From a virus, in IMG/VR virus record IMGVR_UViG_3300033997_000053: 44,301 nucleotides of DNA; one strand, 5' to 3'. The position numbers and the translations under genes were made by a program. Within the stretch, counting starts at the first letter, position 1; each line of letters opens with the position of its first letter. This document shows positions 32,521 through 40,780 of this stretch, one piece after another. The notes under the pieces are model-generated. The model ran no database searches. It was given only the letters and a program-made list of their open reading frames with translations, and was not told where the DNA came from.

Positions 32521-33059
32521 GCCTTCTTGCGGTTGCGCAGCTTTTCGTAGTGCGTCCAGCTAATACGCGGCATTGCATTCATTCGGTTGTGCAGCTCTTG
32601 CAGGCTGTCTGCAACGTATATAGGCCGCGCATTGTTCATCAGCACATACTGCGTCACCTTGCGATTGCCCGCTGGCTTTTTCTTCAGTTTCTGCGCATCT
32701 GCTGATTTTTCCTTCACTTCACCAAACGGCCACGCCTTACCGTCAGTCTCATATGGGCATGGACCCGAGCCTGTCACCTCGCCAGTTTCTTGGTTCACGC
32801 GGGCAACGCGCGCGTTTTCAGGCCAATAAAAACTCCATGAAATTTCACTAACAAGAAATGCCCCTTCTCTATTGAAATCGCTTGCAACCTCACAAGGCAT
32901 TGCATTTTGTGTGCACCAAACGCTCCAAAACTCACCATTCCACCAGCGCCATTTTGGTTTGACGCCGTTTGGTTGGCAGAGCCAAACTCCGATATGCGGC
33001 GGCGCGCCATTTTTCCAGCTTTTAGGCCGCCGTGTTGCGTCTTTTCGGTAAGTAACCAT
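32517..33059 (-). CDS. hypothetical protein, 180 aa
   Basis: aagggga precedes ATG 33059 (TGATG coupling), in the frame of track ORF 32517..33095. Confidence 0.6.
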   Translation of the reverse strand: MVTYRKDATRRPKSWKNGAPPHIGVWLCQPNGVKPKWRWWNGEFWSVWCTQNAMPCEVASDFNREGAFLVSEISWSFYWPENARVARVNQETGEVTGSGPCPYETDGKAWPFGEVKEKSADAQKLKKKPAGNRKVTQYVLMNNARPIYVADSLQELHNRMNAMPRISWTHYEKLRNRKKA

Positions 33060-33361
33060 CACAAATTCCCCTTCTTTCGTTGAATTTCCAGCCACTCCGC
33101 ATTAGAGTAGCTGACCTTTGCGCGGTAGATTCCTTTGCCTGGGCTACCTGCAATTTTTAGCATTTCGTCTTGCTGCTTGCTCCAGGTTAGCGGCTTGAGC
33201 GCGCATTTACGAGCAAGAATTAATGCGCCATCTGAAGAAAATTTACATCCACATGTCCCTACTACATCACTAAAAACCTCAACCAACCGACCAATGTGAC
33301 CTTTTAGCTCCGGCGCGCCGTACCCCGTAACAATCGCCAGCTTTCCCGTCAAATTCTCCAT
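33059..33361 (-). CDS. hypothetical protein, 100 aa
   Basis: Track ORF with aaggggga before the ATG. It is the first gene downstream of promoter-like site 6. Confidence 0.6.
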   Translation of the reverse strand: MENLTGKLAIVTGYGAPELKGHIGRLVEVFSDVVGTCGCKFSSDGALILARKCALKPLTWSKQQDEMLKIAGSPGKGIYRAKVSYSNAEWLEIQRKKGNL

Positions 33362-33389
33362 AACTCCCCCTTTGCAGCGTCATGTGGAT

Positions 33390-33432
33390 ACTGTAGCCGC
33401 CGCGCTTGGCTTTGGCTACTACCGTTCGTCGG
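33390..33432 (-). promoter_or_regulatory. Promoter-like site 6 with the CCGACGAACGGTAG motif
   Basis: On the - strand: motif (33432-33419), TAGCCA (33418-33413), 17-nt spacer, TACAGT (33395-33390). Confidence 0.6.
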
Positions 33433-33447
33433 GTTTTTTAGGCTATC

Positions 33448-34827
33448 TCAGATTCCGTAATCGCCGTTTGACTTCTTGTGCTTTGCGGGTTCGCTTAACT
33501 TCTCGTCTGTGTCGTGCCATTGTTGGTATTTGCCAACAAACCTAACACCAAAAGAGCCTTTGGCACCGCCTCGATTCTTCATCACATCAAACCCAATGAG
33601 CGTGCTGCTATCCCCGACTTCGTGAGGCCACATACCAATGATGGCGTCTGCATCCTCTTCGATGGCTCCAGATTCCTTGAGGTCGGCCATGATAGGGCGT
33701 GGCGGCGTGCGCTTTTCGACTTCGCGGTTTAGCTGGGATAGCAAAAGTATCGGGATTTCCAGCTCCTTTGCCAAAACCTTGATGCCTCGGCTGATTTCTT
33801 CGATCTGGTGGTGCCTCGACAGTCTAGGGTTCACGGATTGGCAAAGCTGCAAGTAATCAATAGCCAGCAACCTAAGACCATGTTTCCGCTTTAACACCCG
33901 CGCATGCGATGCAATGTCGGCCAAACGCAGTCCAGCCTGGTCGAACAGGAACAAAGGTATCTGGCTGGCAATGGCCGCTGCGTCAAGCGCATGATTGAAT
34001 TGCTCACTATCTCCAATCGGCTTGTTGTGAAACACCATGCTTACGCCGCCAATTCGAGAAATAGCACGATCAACCATTTCTTCGTTCGTCATTTCTTGAG
34101 AGAACATCGCAGCAGGCATTCCTGCACGTGCAGCGGTTTCTGCTGAGGCCTGGGCTATTGCTGACTTACCAACAGATGGTCGCGCGGCAATCACGTAAAC
34201 CTTGCCATTTCGCCATCCACCGTTAAGCAACTCGTCCAGCTTTTGAACTCCGGTAGAGATTGCATCGACTTGTTCTCCATCTGAATAGCGTTGGAGCTTG
34301 TCTAGATACCCTGGTATCAATGTGCCGATAAGAACCGGCGCGCGACCTGAACTAGACTGCTGCGCAACCGTGTCAAGCATCGCAACAATGCGCGCAAGTC
34401 GATCTGAAACTTTACAAGTCTGGTCTGTAGCTTGCTCAAATGCATTGTTGATCGCTGACACCAGCGCGCGCTCTTTAGCCTTCTCGCAAACAGAATCAGC
34501 ATACTTCATCAGCATGGATGACGTCGCGCCATGCTGTGCAATTTGGCTTAATTCAGCAATCGTAATGTCGTTGTTCGGATTGGTTCTTTCCAAGTCCTCG
34601 TAAACAGTGATTACGTCACAACGGCTACCGCTCCCGATTGCCTTCGCAATTGATGCGTAAACCTTCTGCCCGATGGTTGTGGAAAAGTGCTCAGTACGCA
34701 AAAAAGGCGCAACCCTATCGTACTGGTCGTTGTTCATCAAAAGAACCGCCAGCACGCCGTATTCGGCCTGTATGGACCATTGTTCCATGTAGTCTGCGGA
34801 TTCGTATTCTTGTTCTTCAAACATCAT
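33448..34827 (-). CDS. dnaB: replicative DNA helicase
   Basis: 459 aa. Contains IAARPSVGKSAIA (Walker A), LLAIDYLQL, and SQLNREVEKR...DLKESGAIEEDAD. Confidence 0.95.
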   Translation of the reverse strand: MMFEEQEYESADYMEQWSIQAEYGVLAVLLMNNDQYDRVAPFLRTEHFSTTIGQKVYASIAKAIGSGSRCDVITVYEDLERTNPNNDITIAELSQIAQHGATSSMLMKYADSVCEKAKERALVSAINNAFEQATDQTCKVSDRLARIVAMLDTVAQQSSSGRAPVLIGTLIPGYLDKLQRYSDGEQVDAISTGVQKLDELLNGGWRNGKVYVIAARPSVGKSAIAQASAETAARAGMPAAMFSQEMTNEEMVDRAISRIGGVSMVFHNKPIGDSEQFNHALDAAAIASQIPLFLFDQAGLRLADIASHARVLKRKHGLRLLAIDYLQLCQSVNPRLSRHHQIEEISRGIKVLAKELEIPILLLSQLNREVEKRTPPRPIMADLKESGAIEEDADAIIGMWPHEVGDSSTLIGFDVMKNRGGAKGSFGVRFVGKYQQWHDTDEKLSEPAKHKKSNGDYGI

Positions 34828-35561
34828 GTGCCCTTAGCTCGCTTTGCTTCAAAAGCAGACTTAAACATTTCCCCTGCGCTGGACAATTGCACAGTACCGT
34901 CCTTAACGTACCAGAACTTGTACCAGTTATCCTTCACGCAGTTGGCAAAAGTCTGCCCCCAGTCCTTGTACTTTTTCGACTTGCGCGCGCCTTCGGTGTG
35001 ATCTTCTTTGAACCTCACCCAACACAACCCAAACATATCCGAGGTAATGCCAGCATCTTGCGCATATTGACGGATTGGGTGGTTATCAGAAATTGGTTTG
35101 ACCCCTAGTTCGGCACATTCATCTAGATATGTCTGCAACACTCTCAGGCCAGAGGATTGGCGCTGCTTTGCTGCGCCTTTCTCTCTTACTGGTTCATTTC
35201 CTGGTTCATTTCCTGGTTCATTTCCTGATTCTGTAGCCACCTGCTGACCCACCGGGGTTTTTTGCAGGCTGGGGTGGGTCTGCAAAAAACCCACCCCAGC
35301 AGGGCAAAGCTCGTATTGGTTGGGTAGTTGCTGTCCTTCGTAAAACCTGGGGTGAACCTTCAAAAGACCAATCTCTGCAAGCTCCTTTAGTGCAGATTTT
35401 GTTGCAGATTCGCTTAGTCCACAATCTTCTGCCAGTGTCTTAATCTTTGGGATGCACTTGCCTGTGTCGCTGTTTACACGATTGGCAAGCATCAAAAGAA
35501 CAATCTTTTTAGTGGATGGAAGTTTTTGTTCTACCGCCCAGGACATTGCTTGAAAGCTCAT
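34824..35561 (-). CDS. replication initiator protein (N-terminal HTH, helicase-loader position)
   Basis: MSFQAMSWAVEQKLPSTKKIVLLMLANRVNSDTGKCIPKIKTLAEDCGLSESA is a wHTH. It is translationally coupled to dnaB and contains internal DNA repeats. Confidence 0.7.
   Translation of the reverse strand: MSFQAMSWAVEQKLPSTKKIVLLMLANRVNSDTGKCIPKIKTLAEDCGLSESATKSALKELAEIGLLKVHPRFYEGQQLPNQYELCPAGVGFLQTHPSLQKTPVGQQVATESGNEPGNEPGNEPVREKGAAKQRQSSGLRVLQTYLDECAELGVKPISDNHPIRQYAQDAGITSDMFGLCWVRFKEDHTEGARKSKKYKDWGQTFANCVKDNWYKFWYVKDGTVQLSSAGEMFKSAFEAKRAKGT
35189..35232. repeat. Perfect 12-bp tandem repeat ctggttcatttc x3 plus a partial fourth copy (iteron-like)
   Basis: Copies read directly at 35189-35200, 35201-35212 and 35213-35224. 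They encode NEPG x3 in the initiator linker. Confidence 0.9.
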
Positions 35562-35564
35562 CGC

Positions 35565-35729
35565 TTAGGCTCCTTGTTGAGCCTGAATGGCAAGTTGTGT
35601 GAGGCGATTCATCTTGCGCATGAAGTGGATTGCGCGAGAACGGTTGAAGGCCATGTAGGCTTCATATTCCAGCTTGCCTGCAATAGAGGACAAGCGCATC
35701 AGGCGTTGCGCCCGAGGGGTGTAGGTCAT
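35565..35729 (-). CDS. hypothetical protein, 54 aa (below the ORF-track cutoff)
   Basis: Hand translation gives MTYTPRAQRLMRLSSIAGKLEYEAYMAFNRSRAIHFMRKMNRLTQLAIQAQQGA, with ggag upstream. Confidence 0.5.
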   Translation of the reverse strand: MTYTPRAQRLMRLSSIAGKLEYEAYMAFNRSRAIHFMRKMNRLTQLAIQAQQGA

Positions 35730-35838
35730 GGTTTAGCTCCACGCCTTTATGGACGCTCTTCCCGTATTTCTACGGGTTGGCGGACACCTGAAAACTAGTA
35801 AAAGAGTGCAGAGCGCCCATAAAGACGTACTATGTTTA

Positions 35839-35863
35839 TCAAAAATCCAGCCGCCAAGCTGGA
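35839..35863 (-). terminator. weak intrinsic terminator after the Rha/Ant gene
   Basis: The - strand reads TCCAGC ttggcg GCTGGA followed by TTTTTGA. Confidence 0.45.
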
Positions 35864-35892
35864 GCGCACCCGCCTAGATGCGCAACTACATT

Positions 35893-36624
35893 TTACACGT
35901 TCTCCAGCGAAACGCTATACCCCTCAGACACCATGCGCTCGATAATCCAAGCCTCGCCAGCGGTGGTAAAGAGTGGTTGCGAGTGGCCTAGCTCGGTTTG
36001 CTTCAACTCGCCGTAGCCCTTGTCCACGAACCACTGCTTAAAGACGCGCGCCCGCTTGATGTTCTTGCTGTACACGTCCAGCTCGTCTAGGTGCTTGTTC
36101 AGTGCGACGGCAGACATACCGAGCTTCTGGCCTACCTGGGTGGCTGTCATCAGTGTGGCGCGCTCCACGACCTTATCGAAGAATTGAACCTTCGGAGCGG
36201 CCAGTGCAAGCGCAGCCTGCGCCTTTTCGCGTTCCTCGTATTCAAAAGCCCATGCGCGCGCAGATTCTGCTGGGTTGGTGAAGTCTGGAAGCGAAACAAC
36301 GGGAGCTGCTGACTTTTGCTTATCCTCTAGCTCTTTCCAGCGTTGGTTGACCGCGTGTCGATGAGGAAGGCTGTACCCTGTCACCAAGTCCAAGGCAGCA
36401 TCTTTGCTAAGAATGAACAATGGAAGTGATCTGCCAGTGGAATCGGCATACATTCCGTGCTTGATGTGCTCGCCTGCTTTTTCAGGTGAGTAGGTTTCTG
36501 CGTAGAAATCTCGCAACTTCCTGCAATCCATCATCACATTGTCGTGACGTTTTCCAGTGATTTCCGATATTTCACGGCTAGACATTGTGGGCTGATCGGC
36601 CACGGCGATAAGGCTGTTTTGCAT
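35893..36624 (-). CDS. Rha-family regulator fused to a KilAC/Ant-type antirepressor C-terminal domain
   Basis: ATG 36624 follows ggag. The N-terminus has MSSREISEITGKRHDNVMMDCRKL (Rha-like). The C-terminus has KVQFFDKVVE...MTATQVGQKLGMSAVALNKHL (KilAC-like). Confidence 0.75.
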   Translation of the reverse strand: MQNSLIAVADQPTMSSREISEITGKRHDNVMMDCRKLRDFYAETYSPEKAGEHIKHGMYADSTGRSLPLFILSKDAALDLVTGYSLPHRHAVNQRWKELEDKQKSAAPVVSLPDFTNPAESARAWAFEYEEREKAQAALALAAPKVQFFDKVVERATLMTATQVGQKLGMSAVALNKHLDELDVYSKNIKRARVFKQWFVDKGYGELKQTELGHSQPLFTTAGEAWIIERMVSEGYSVSLENV

Positions 36625-36636
36625 AAGTGCTCCATA

Positions 36637-36717
36637 CCTTAGCAACCACCCCTCCGGTTTCCCGGTGGCCGTCCCCGCACAAATTCGAGGTGGGGCGGTT
36701 GCTAAGGCATATTTGTG
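36637..36717 (-). promoter_or_regulatory. Large imperfect inverted repeat in the leader of the Rha/Ant gene
   Basis: ccttagcaaccacccctc 36637-36654 faces gaggtggggcggttgctaagg 36687-36707. cacaaat 36678-36684 can also pair with atttgtg 36711-36717. Confidence 0.5.
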
Positions 36718-36771
36718 ACGGAAGCCCACCGGCCAGGATGGGCGCGCACCGGCCCGATGCGCGGTTTGATT

Positions 36772-37146
36772 TTACTCTCCTGTAGAACTTGCAGCGTTCA
36801 TTGCTTCGTCAATTGTTGCATCAAGCGATTCAAGCTCTGCATGCTTTCGTCCGCCAGATGCAATGTAATGAGTAGATATGTACTTTGACCCATCTTTGCG
36901 CGTCCATTCCATGCTAGCGCTACACAACTCCAATGACTTTTGGCTTTTTAACCACTGATACCGCGCGGCGTCTTTCTGCGCTGCGTCAAGCATGTCTAGC
37001 AAAGCTAGCACAACATTTGGCGATGCATTTGCAACAAAATGCTTATCAGCCTCATAAGCGAATTCTGGCAAATCACCAACAGAGTACCAATCCTCATGGT
37101 TAATTGCCGTATTGCAAAATCCGCGCAGTTTTTTTAAATCAATCAT
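36772..37146 (-). CDS. hypothetical protein, 124 aa (AT-richer gene)
   Basis: Track ORF. It carries the DAARYQWLK motif also present in the product of 3912..4244 (DAARYRWLM). Confidence 0.6.
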   Translation of the reverse strand: MIDLKKLRGFCNTAINHEDWYSVGDLPEFAYEADKHFVANASPNVVLALLDMLDAAQKDAARYQWLKSQKSLELCSASMEWTRKDGSKYISTHYIASGGRKHAELESLDATIDEAMNAASSTGE

Positions 37147-37157
37147 TTTTTCTCCAA

Positions 37158-37856
37158 TCAGTCTGCATTGCGCTTTTCAGTCTCAACCAGGGCGAAGCCT
37201 TCGGCGCGCAGCGCGGCCTCGATCTCTTCCATGCGCTCGTTCAGCTTTGCCATCTTCTGGCTCCACTCTGCGCCATCGGCAGTGATGCGCTTGAATTCGT
37301 CGCGCAGCGCGATTGGGTCAAACGCTTTATCTGCAGCGGCTTCTGCGTTCTCAATCACCTGATCGATGGTTTGCGCCATTGGCTTGTCCTGCTGTGGCTC
37401 TGCGTAGCGCCATTGCATGATGTCGCCTGGGCTACTCTCCAAAGTCCAGCGCAAGCCATCAGAGGCCGTACCTTTGATTACCTTTCCACTACGCATCCTG
37501 AACTCAATACGCGCTCCATCAGCCACAGGCGGCGTCTTGCGCCCACGGTTGCGCCGCCATGGGTTGGCAGGCTTGTCCACTACCGCCGCAATCTCAGGAT
37601 CGCGCGCTGGCTGGATGCTGTCAAGGTAGGATGCGCGGGCGAATTGCCATTCCGCGCGTGTTACTCCACGATCAGGCGCTTGCTTTGCAAACTGTCTTAC
37701 ATGGTCATAACATAGATCAGACAAAAATCCACCAGATTCAGATGGTTTGTTGTCTCTCAAAACAAAAACCAATTCTTTATCATGATCCTGAAAAGCATAA
37801 ATAGCTTCATTAGGCCATTCAGTCAGCTCGCGCGCCAAAATATCTACCAATTTCAT
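37158..37856 (-). CDS. hypothetical protein, 232 aa
   Basis: Track ORF; coding looks plausible and it is tightly packed with neighbours. Confidence 0.6.
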   Translation of the reverse strand: MKLVDILARELTEWPNEAIYAFQDHDKELVFVLRDNKPSESGGFLSDLCYDHVRQFAKQAPDRGVTRAEWQFARASYLDSIQPARDPEIAAVVDKPANPWRRNRGRKTPPVADGARIEFRMRSGKVIKGTASDGLRWTLESSPGDIMQWRYAEPQQDKPMAQTIDQVIENAEAAADKAFDPIALRDEFKRITADGAEWSQKMAKLNERMEEIEAALRAEGFALVETEKRNAD

Positions 37857-37857
37857 C

Positions 37858-38040
37858 TTAGTTCCCCTTTGTCAAAGTGCCGTGCTTAATGCGCGCTTGT
37901 TTTGCTGCATCGGCTTTTGCAGCAGCGCCGGAAGTGATAACGATGTGCTGGTTAGGATTCAATTTAACCGGGCGTTCCGGAGGTTGTCGAGTACCGCTCA
38001 TCAGGGATTTAGCCGGAATGTCGAAAGCGTAGCGGGTCAT
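37858..38040 (-). CDS. hypothetical protein, 60 aa
   Basis: Track ORF, coupled to its neighbours. Confidence 0.5.
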   Translation of the reverse strand: MTRYAFDIPAKSLMSGTRQPPERPVKLNPNQHIVITSGAAAKADAAKQARIKHGTLTKGN

Positions 38041-38225
38041 TGCTTGTCTTTCATCTTGGGTTTGTGAGCTTTGATCGCTAGAGCGATGGCTATGGATGTG
38101 CTGGTGAATGGTGCATGCCCAGACTTGATGCGCGTGAGGGTGCGCCTGGGGATGCCGCTTTTGCGCGAGAACTCATTCAGGTTCTCAATGCGCCGGATGG
38201 TTTCGACTGTGTTCATGGGCTGCAT
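38037..38225 (-). CDS. small HTH DNA-binding protein (Cro-like position), 62 aa
   Basis: LNEFSRKSGIPRRTLTRIKSG is an HTH. It is the first gene of the leftward arm, and no SD is visible before its ATG. Confidence 0.65.
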   Translation of the reverse strand: MQPMNTVETIRRIENLNEFSRKSGIPRRTLTRIKSGHAPFTSTSIAIALAIKAHKPKMKDKQ

Positions 38226-38335
38226 TGTGCATGGCTAAATTGCCACGGCAAGGCATAGCCAAGTGGCGCATGTGGGTATTTGCGTTTTGTGCTGGATGGA
38301 TGCTACATTGGAGCCATCACAACAAAGGGGAAGCA
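38226..38335. promoter_or_regulatory. Divergent control region between the leftward and rightward arms
   Basis: Palindrome TTGCCACGGCAA at 38240-38251. Rightward candidate TTGCGT (38280-38285), 18-nt spacer, TACATT (38304-38309). Leftward candidate TTGGCT, 17-nt spacer, TTTAGC. The CCGACGAACGG motif is absent. Confidence 0.5.
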
Positions 38336-38812
38336 ATGTATCCAACACGCAAACCAATACCGGCGCATCACACAAACGCGCTGGCTATGCAGGCACGCAG
38401 CGCAGTGCATCGCCTGGCCGAAGCGAAAGAGCCGCGCATAGAAGCTGTGCGCACGTTGTTTGATTTTGTCAACATGGGAGAGACTTTCATTACCCACAAC
38501 GGCGGCGTATGGAAAGGCTGCGACTTGAAGCCAACGCCGCTAGAAGATGATGATGGGCTAATCAAGACAGGCATTCAAACGCTCGGCGCGATGTGGAATG
38601 AAGGCCTGCGCACCAAGCAACCGATGCGACTTGATGATAAGGGCGCGCAAGAGCTTCTCGACCTGATTGATTGTGTCGAGGAAATCATGCTTTTCTTGCC
38701 ACACAGCGAAGTGCATAAGTGCATGAACATTACCGCTCGTCGGATAAAACTTGTCTTAGCTGGGCGCGTTGGAGAGAATGACATTGTTATCAAAGCAGGG
38801 GAAAGCAAATGA
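38336..38812 (+). CDS. hypothetical protein, 158 aa
   Basis: aaagggga precedes ATG 38336, in the frame of track ORF 38225..38812. Confidence 0.6.
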   Translation: MYPTRKPIPAHHTNALAMQARSAVHRLAEAKEPRIEAVRTLFDFVNMGETFITHNGGVWKGCDLKPTPLEDDDGLIKTGIQTLGAMWNEGLRTKQPMRLDDKGAQELLDLIDCVEEIMLFLPHSEVHKCMNITARRIKLVLAGRVGENDIVIKAGESK

Positions 38813-39159
38813 GATACTACACAGCGAATCCAGAGGTTGACGCAGCGAATTGGATGGATGACCAGGACGCGTTTGATACGGCCAACGAAGCATCCGAAAA
38901 GCGCGCCTACGATGTAATCCTTGCCGAATTCAAGGCACTGAAGCCAACACAGTGGCACCACCATCTCATGTCGAGCGCGATGTATCCCGACGAATCGCTC
39001 ATTGCGTACATGGGAAGCTCGGACGTGTACACGAAGTTTGCCGAACTGATGGCAAGCCCCGCAGCGCATGGATTGCTTGAAGAACTGGCGCGCGCTGTAG
39101 CCAAAGACCACCACTGGACAATCTGCCCGCTGGAGAAGCCAGACAATGAACCCGTTTGA
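38809..39159 (+). CDS. hypothetical protein, 116 aa
   Basis: Track ORF with ATGA coupling. Confidence 0.6.
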   Translation: MRYYTANPEVDAANWMDDQDAFDTANEASEKRAYDVILAEFKALKPTQWHHHLMSSAMYPDESLIAYMGSSDVYTKFAELMASPAAHGLLEELARAVAKDHHWTICPLEKPDNEPV

Positions 39160-39256
39160 ATACCAGCCACCACCTAGCTATCCGCCACCGCTGCCACCTG
39201 AAGATGTGCGCGAGCTACTCCAACCAACCGAAGAACACCAGAGCGAGGCTATATGA
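39146..39256 (+). CDS. Pro-rich peptide, 36 aa (below the ORF-track cutoff)
   Basis: Hand translation gives MNPFEYQPPPSYPPPLPPEDVRELLQPTEEHQSEAI. It is ATGA-coupled to the next gene. Confidence 0.35.
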   Translation: MNPFEYQPPPSYPPPLPPEDVRELLQPTEEHQSEAI

Positions 39257-39462
39257 GCGAATGGCAACCTATTGAGACTGCTCCACAGGATGGCACTCCA
39301 ATTTTGTGTAACGGAGGATGTGGTTACAAAATGCCAGTGTTTATCGCCGCAGTGTATGACGATTTTGAAAAAGGATGGTTTCCAGATTCTTATGAATACG
39401 ATGGCGATCCACTAATTCCTACGCACTGGATGCCACTCCCTCCGCCACCAACAAAGGATTGA
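39253..39462 (+). CDS. DUF551-like protein, 69 aa
   Basis: Contains WQPIETAPQDGTPIL...THWMPLPPPP. Confidence 0.65.
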   Translation: MSEWQPIETAPQDGTPILCNGGCGYKMPVFIAAVYDDFEKGWFPDSYEYDGDPLIPTHWMPLPPPPTKD

Positions 39463-39463
39463 A

Positions 39464-39577
39464 ATGAAACCCGTAGAACTTGACTACACATCGCCAAAGA
39501 AGCGCAAGCGCCAGGACTTGCTGGCAGTGGTCGCCGTCGCGGCTGGGTTAGCGGCGCTGATCTGGTTTGGCATCTGA
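39464..39577 (+). CDS. small membrane peptide, 37 aa (below the ORF-track cutoff)
   Basis: Hand translation gives MKPVELDYTSPKKRKRQDLLAVVAVAAGLAALIWFGI. Confidence 0.4.
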   Translation: MKPVELDYTSPKKRKRQDLLAVVAVAAGLAALIWFGI

Positions 39578-39583
39578 AAATAA

Positions 39584-39626
39584 CCGACGAACGGTAGCCC
39601 ATGGCGCACAACATGGGCTACATTAG
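39584..39626 (+). promoter_or_regulatory. Promoter-like site 2 with the CCGACGAACGGTAG motif
   Basis: Motif at 39584-39597, inverted repeat cccatg...catggg in the spacer, TACATT at 39619-39624. The leader carries aagggga before ATG 39652. Confidence 0.55.
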
Positions 39627-39651
39627 AAGCTCACAAACACAAGGGGAAAAC

Positions 39652-39861
39652 ATGTTTTTCAAGAAACAGCCGCCAACCGTTCGCGCCCTGATCGAGGCCG
39701 AGCACTACGAAGTTGAAGTCGCGCTGCTGGCAGCCAATGCTGAATTTGAGCGCGCAAAGCACAACAAGGCAATGCTGGAAGAACGAAAGCTGCGCCTGCG
39801 TGGCGCGCTGGCCGATGCAATGCGCGGCGAAGTACCAAACAGCTTGATTAAGGCGGATTGA
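39652..39861 (+). CDS. hypothetical helical protein, 69 aa
   Basis: ATG 39652 follows aaggggaaaac, in the frame of track ORF 39601..39861. Confidence 0.55.
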   Translation: MFFKKQPPTVRALIEAEHYEVEVALLAANAEFERAKHNKAMLEERKLRLRGALADAMRGEVPNSLIKAD

Positions 39862-39862
39862 T

Positions 39863-40780
39863 ATGGGCCAGATTGCAACAATCGACCAAGTGATCTACGG
39901 CTTGCAGACCAATTTCGAGGCTGTGCAGGTTGACAAAAGCGTCACATTTGCGCGAGAAGCTGAGTTTGCATTGCAGATTCTGTCTGCGAACGACTACGCA
40001 AAAAACATCGCGCTTGGCAACCGGCAAAGCGTGGCAGATGCAATCACCAACGTGGCGGCGATTGGCATCACGTTGAATCCTGCGGAAAAGAAGGCATACC
40101 TTGTGCCGCGCAAGGGCGGTATTTGCTTGGCTATCAGCCATATCGGCCTGCTGCACCTGGCGATTGAATCCGGCTCTATTCGCTGGGGGCAGGCGCGACT
40201 GGTGTACGAAAAAGACCATTTCGAGCTGCAAGGCCTTGACCAGCAGCCAGTCCACAAGTTCAAGCCATTTGACAAAGATCGCGGCCAGGTTGTCGGCGTG
40301 TACGTTTCGGTAAAGACCGCAGACGGCGACTACCTCACAGAAGCCATGAGCACTGATGAGGTGCTGGCAATCCGCGACCGTTCCGATGCATGGAAAGCGT
40401 GGATTAGCAAAAAGAAGTCGTGCCCATGGGTGACAGACGAGGGGGAGATGTTTAAAAAGACTGTGGTTCACCGTGCGCACAAGTACTGGCCCAAGACCGA
40501 GCGACTAGATAAGGCGTTGCACTATCTTAACAACGAAGGCGGCGAAGGCATCACGCAAAACAGCGTCCAAGAAGCGCCAGAGCGCAAGCTAGACCCATCT
40601 GCTGACATTGAGGGCGTGTACGCGACAAAGACCGATGCCGAGGCACTGGCGTACTGGAAAGCGAACCAGGGTAAGTATGCGCAAGACTTGGTGGCGCATA
40701 CTGAGTTCAAAACCGCAGTTGTTGACCACCGCATGAACTTGAAGGCGCAGGATATTACGGATGTGGAGGTGAAGGCATGA
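39863..40780 (+). CDS. recT: RecT-family single-strand annealing protein
   Basis: Contains GITLNPAEKKAYLVPRKG, GVYVSVKTADGDY and CPWVTDEGEMFKKTVVHRAHKYWPK. Confidence 0.85.
   Translation: MGQIATIDQVIYGLQTNFEAVQVDKSVTFAREAEFALQILSANDYAKNIALGNRQSVADAITNVAAIGITLNPAEKKAYLVPRKGGICLAISHIGLLHLAIESGSIRWGQARLVYEKDHFELQGLDQQPVHKFKPFDKDRGQVVGVYVSVKTADGDYLTEAMSTDEVLAIRDRSDAWKAWISKKKSCPWVTDEGEMFKKTVVHRAHKYWPKTERLDKALHYLNNEGGEGITQNSVQEAPERKLDPSADIEGVYATKTDAEALAYWKANQGKYAQDLVAHTEFKTAVVDHRMNLKAQDITDVEVKA

Noticed and set aside
35189-35224. The 12-bp tandem repeat as nothing more than a slippage-generated coding repeat (NEPG x3)
   Set aside because: This is not fully rejected. I prefer the iteron/origin reading because the repeat sits beside interleaved inverted repeats with A6/T6 tracts, inside an initiator gene coupled to dnaB. 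A purely coding low-complexity linker remains possible.
27205-38225. Integrase, excisionase, CI repressor or toxin-antitoxin/defence cassettes in the leftward arm
   Set aside because: I read every product and found no tyrosine or serine recombinase motifs, no S24-peptidase repressor, and no recognisable defence-system enzymes. Only replication, recombination and nucleotide-metabolism genes and small unknown genes are present.
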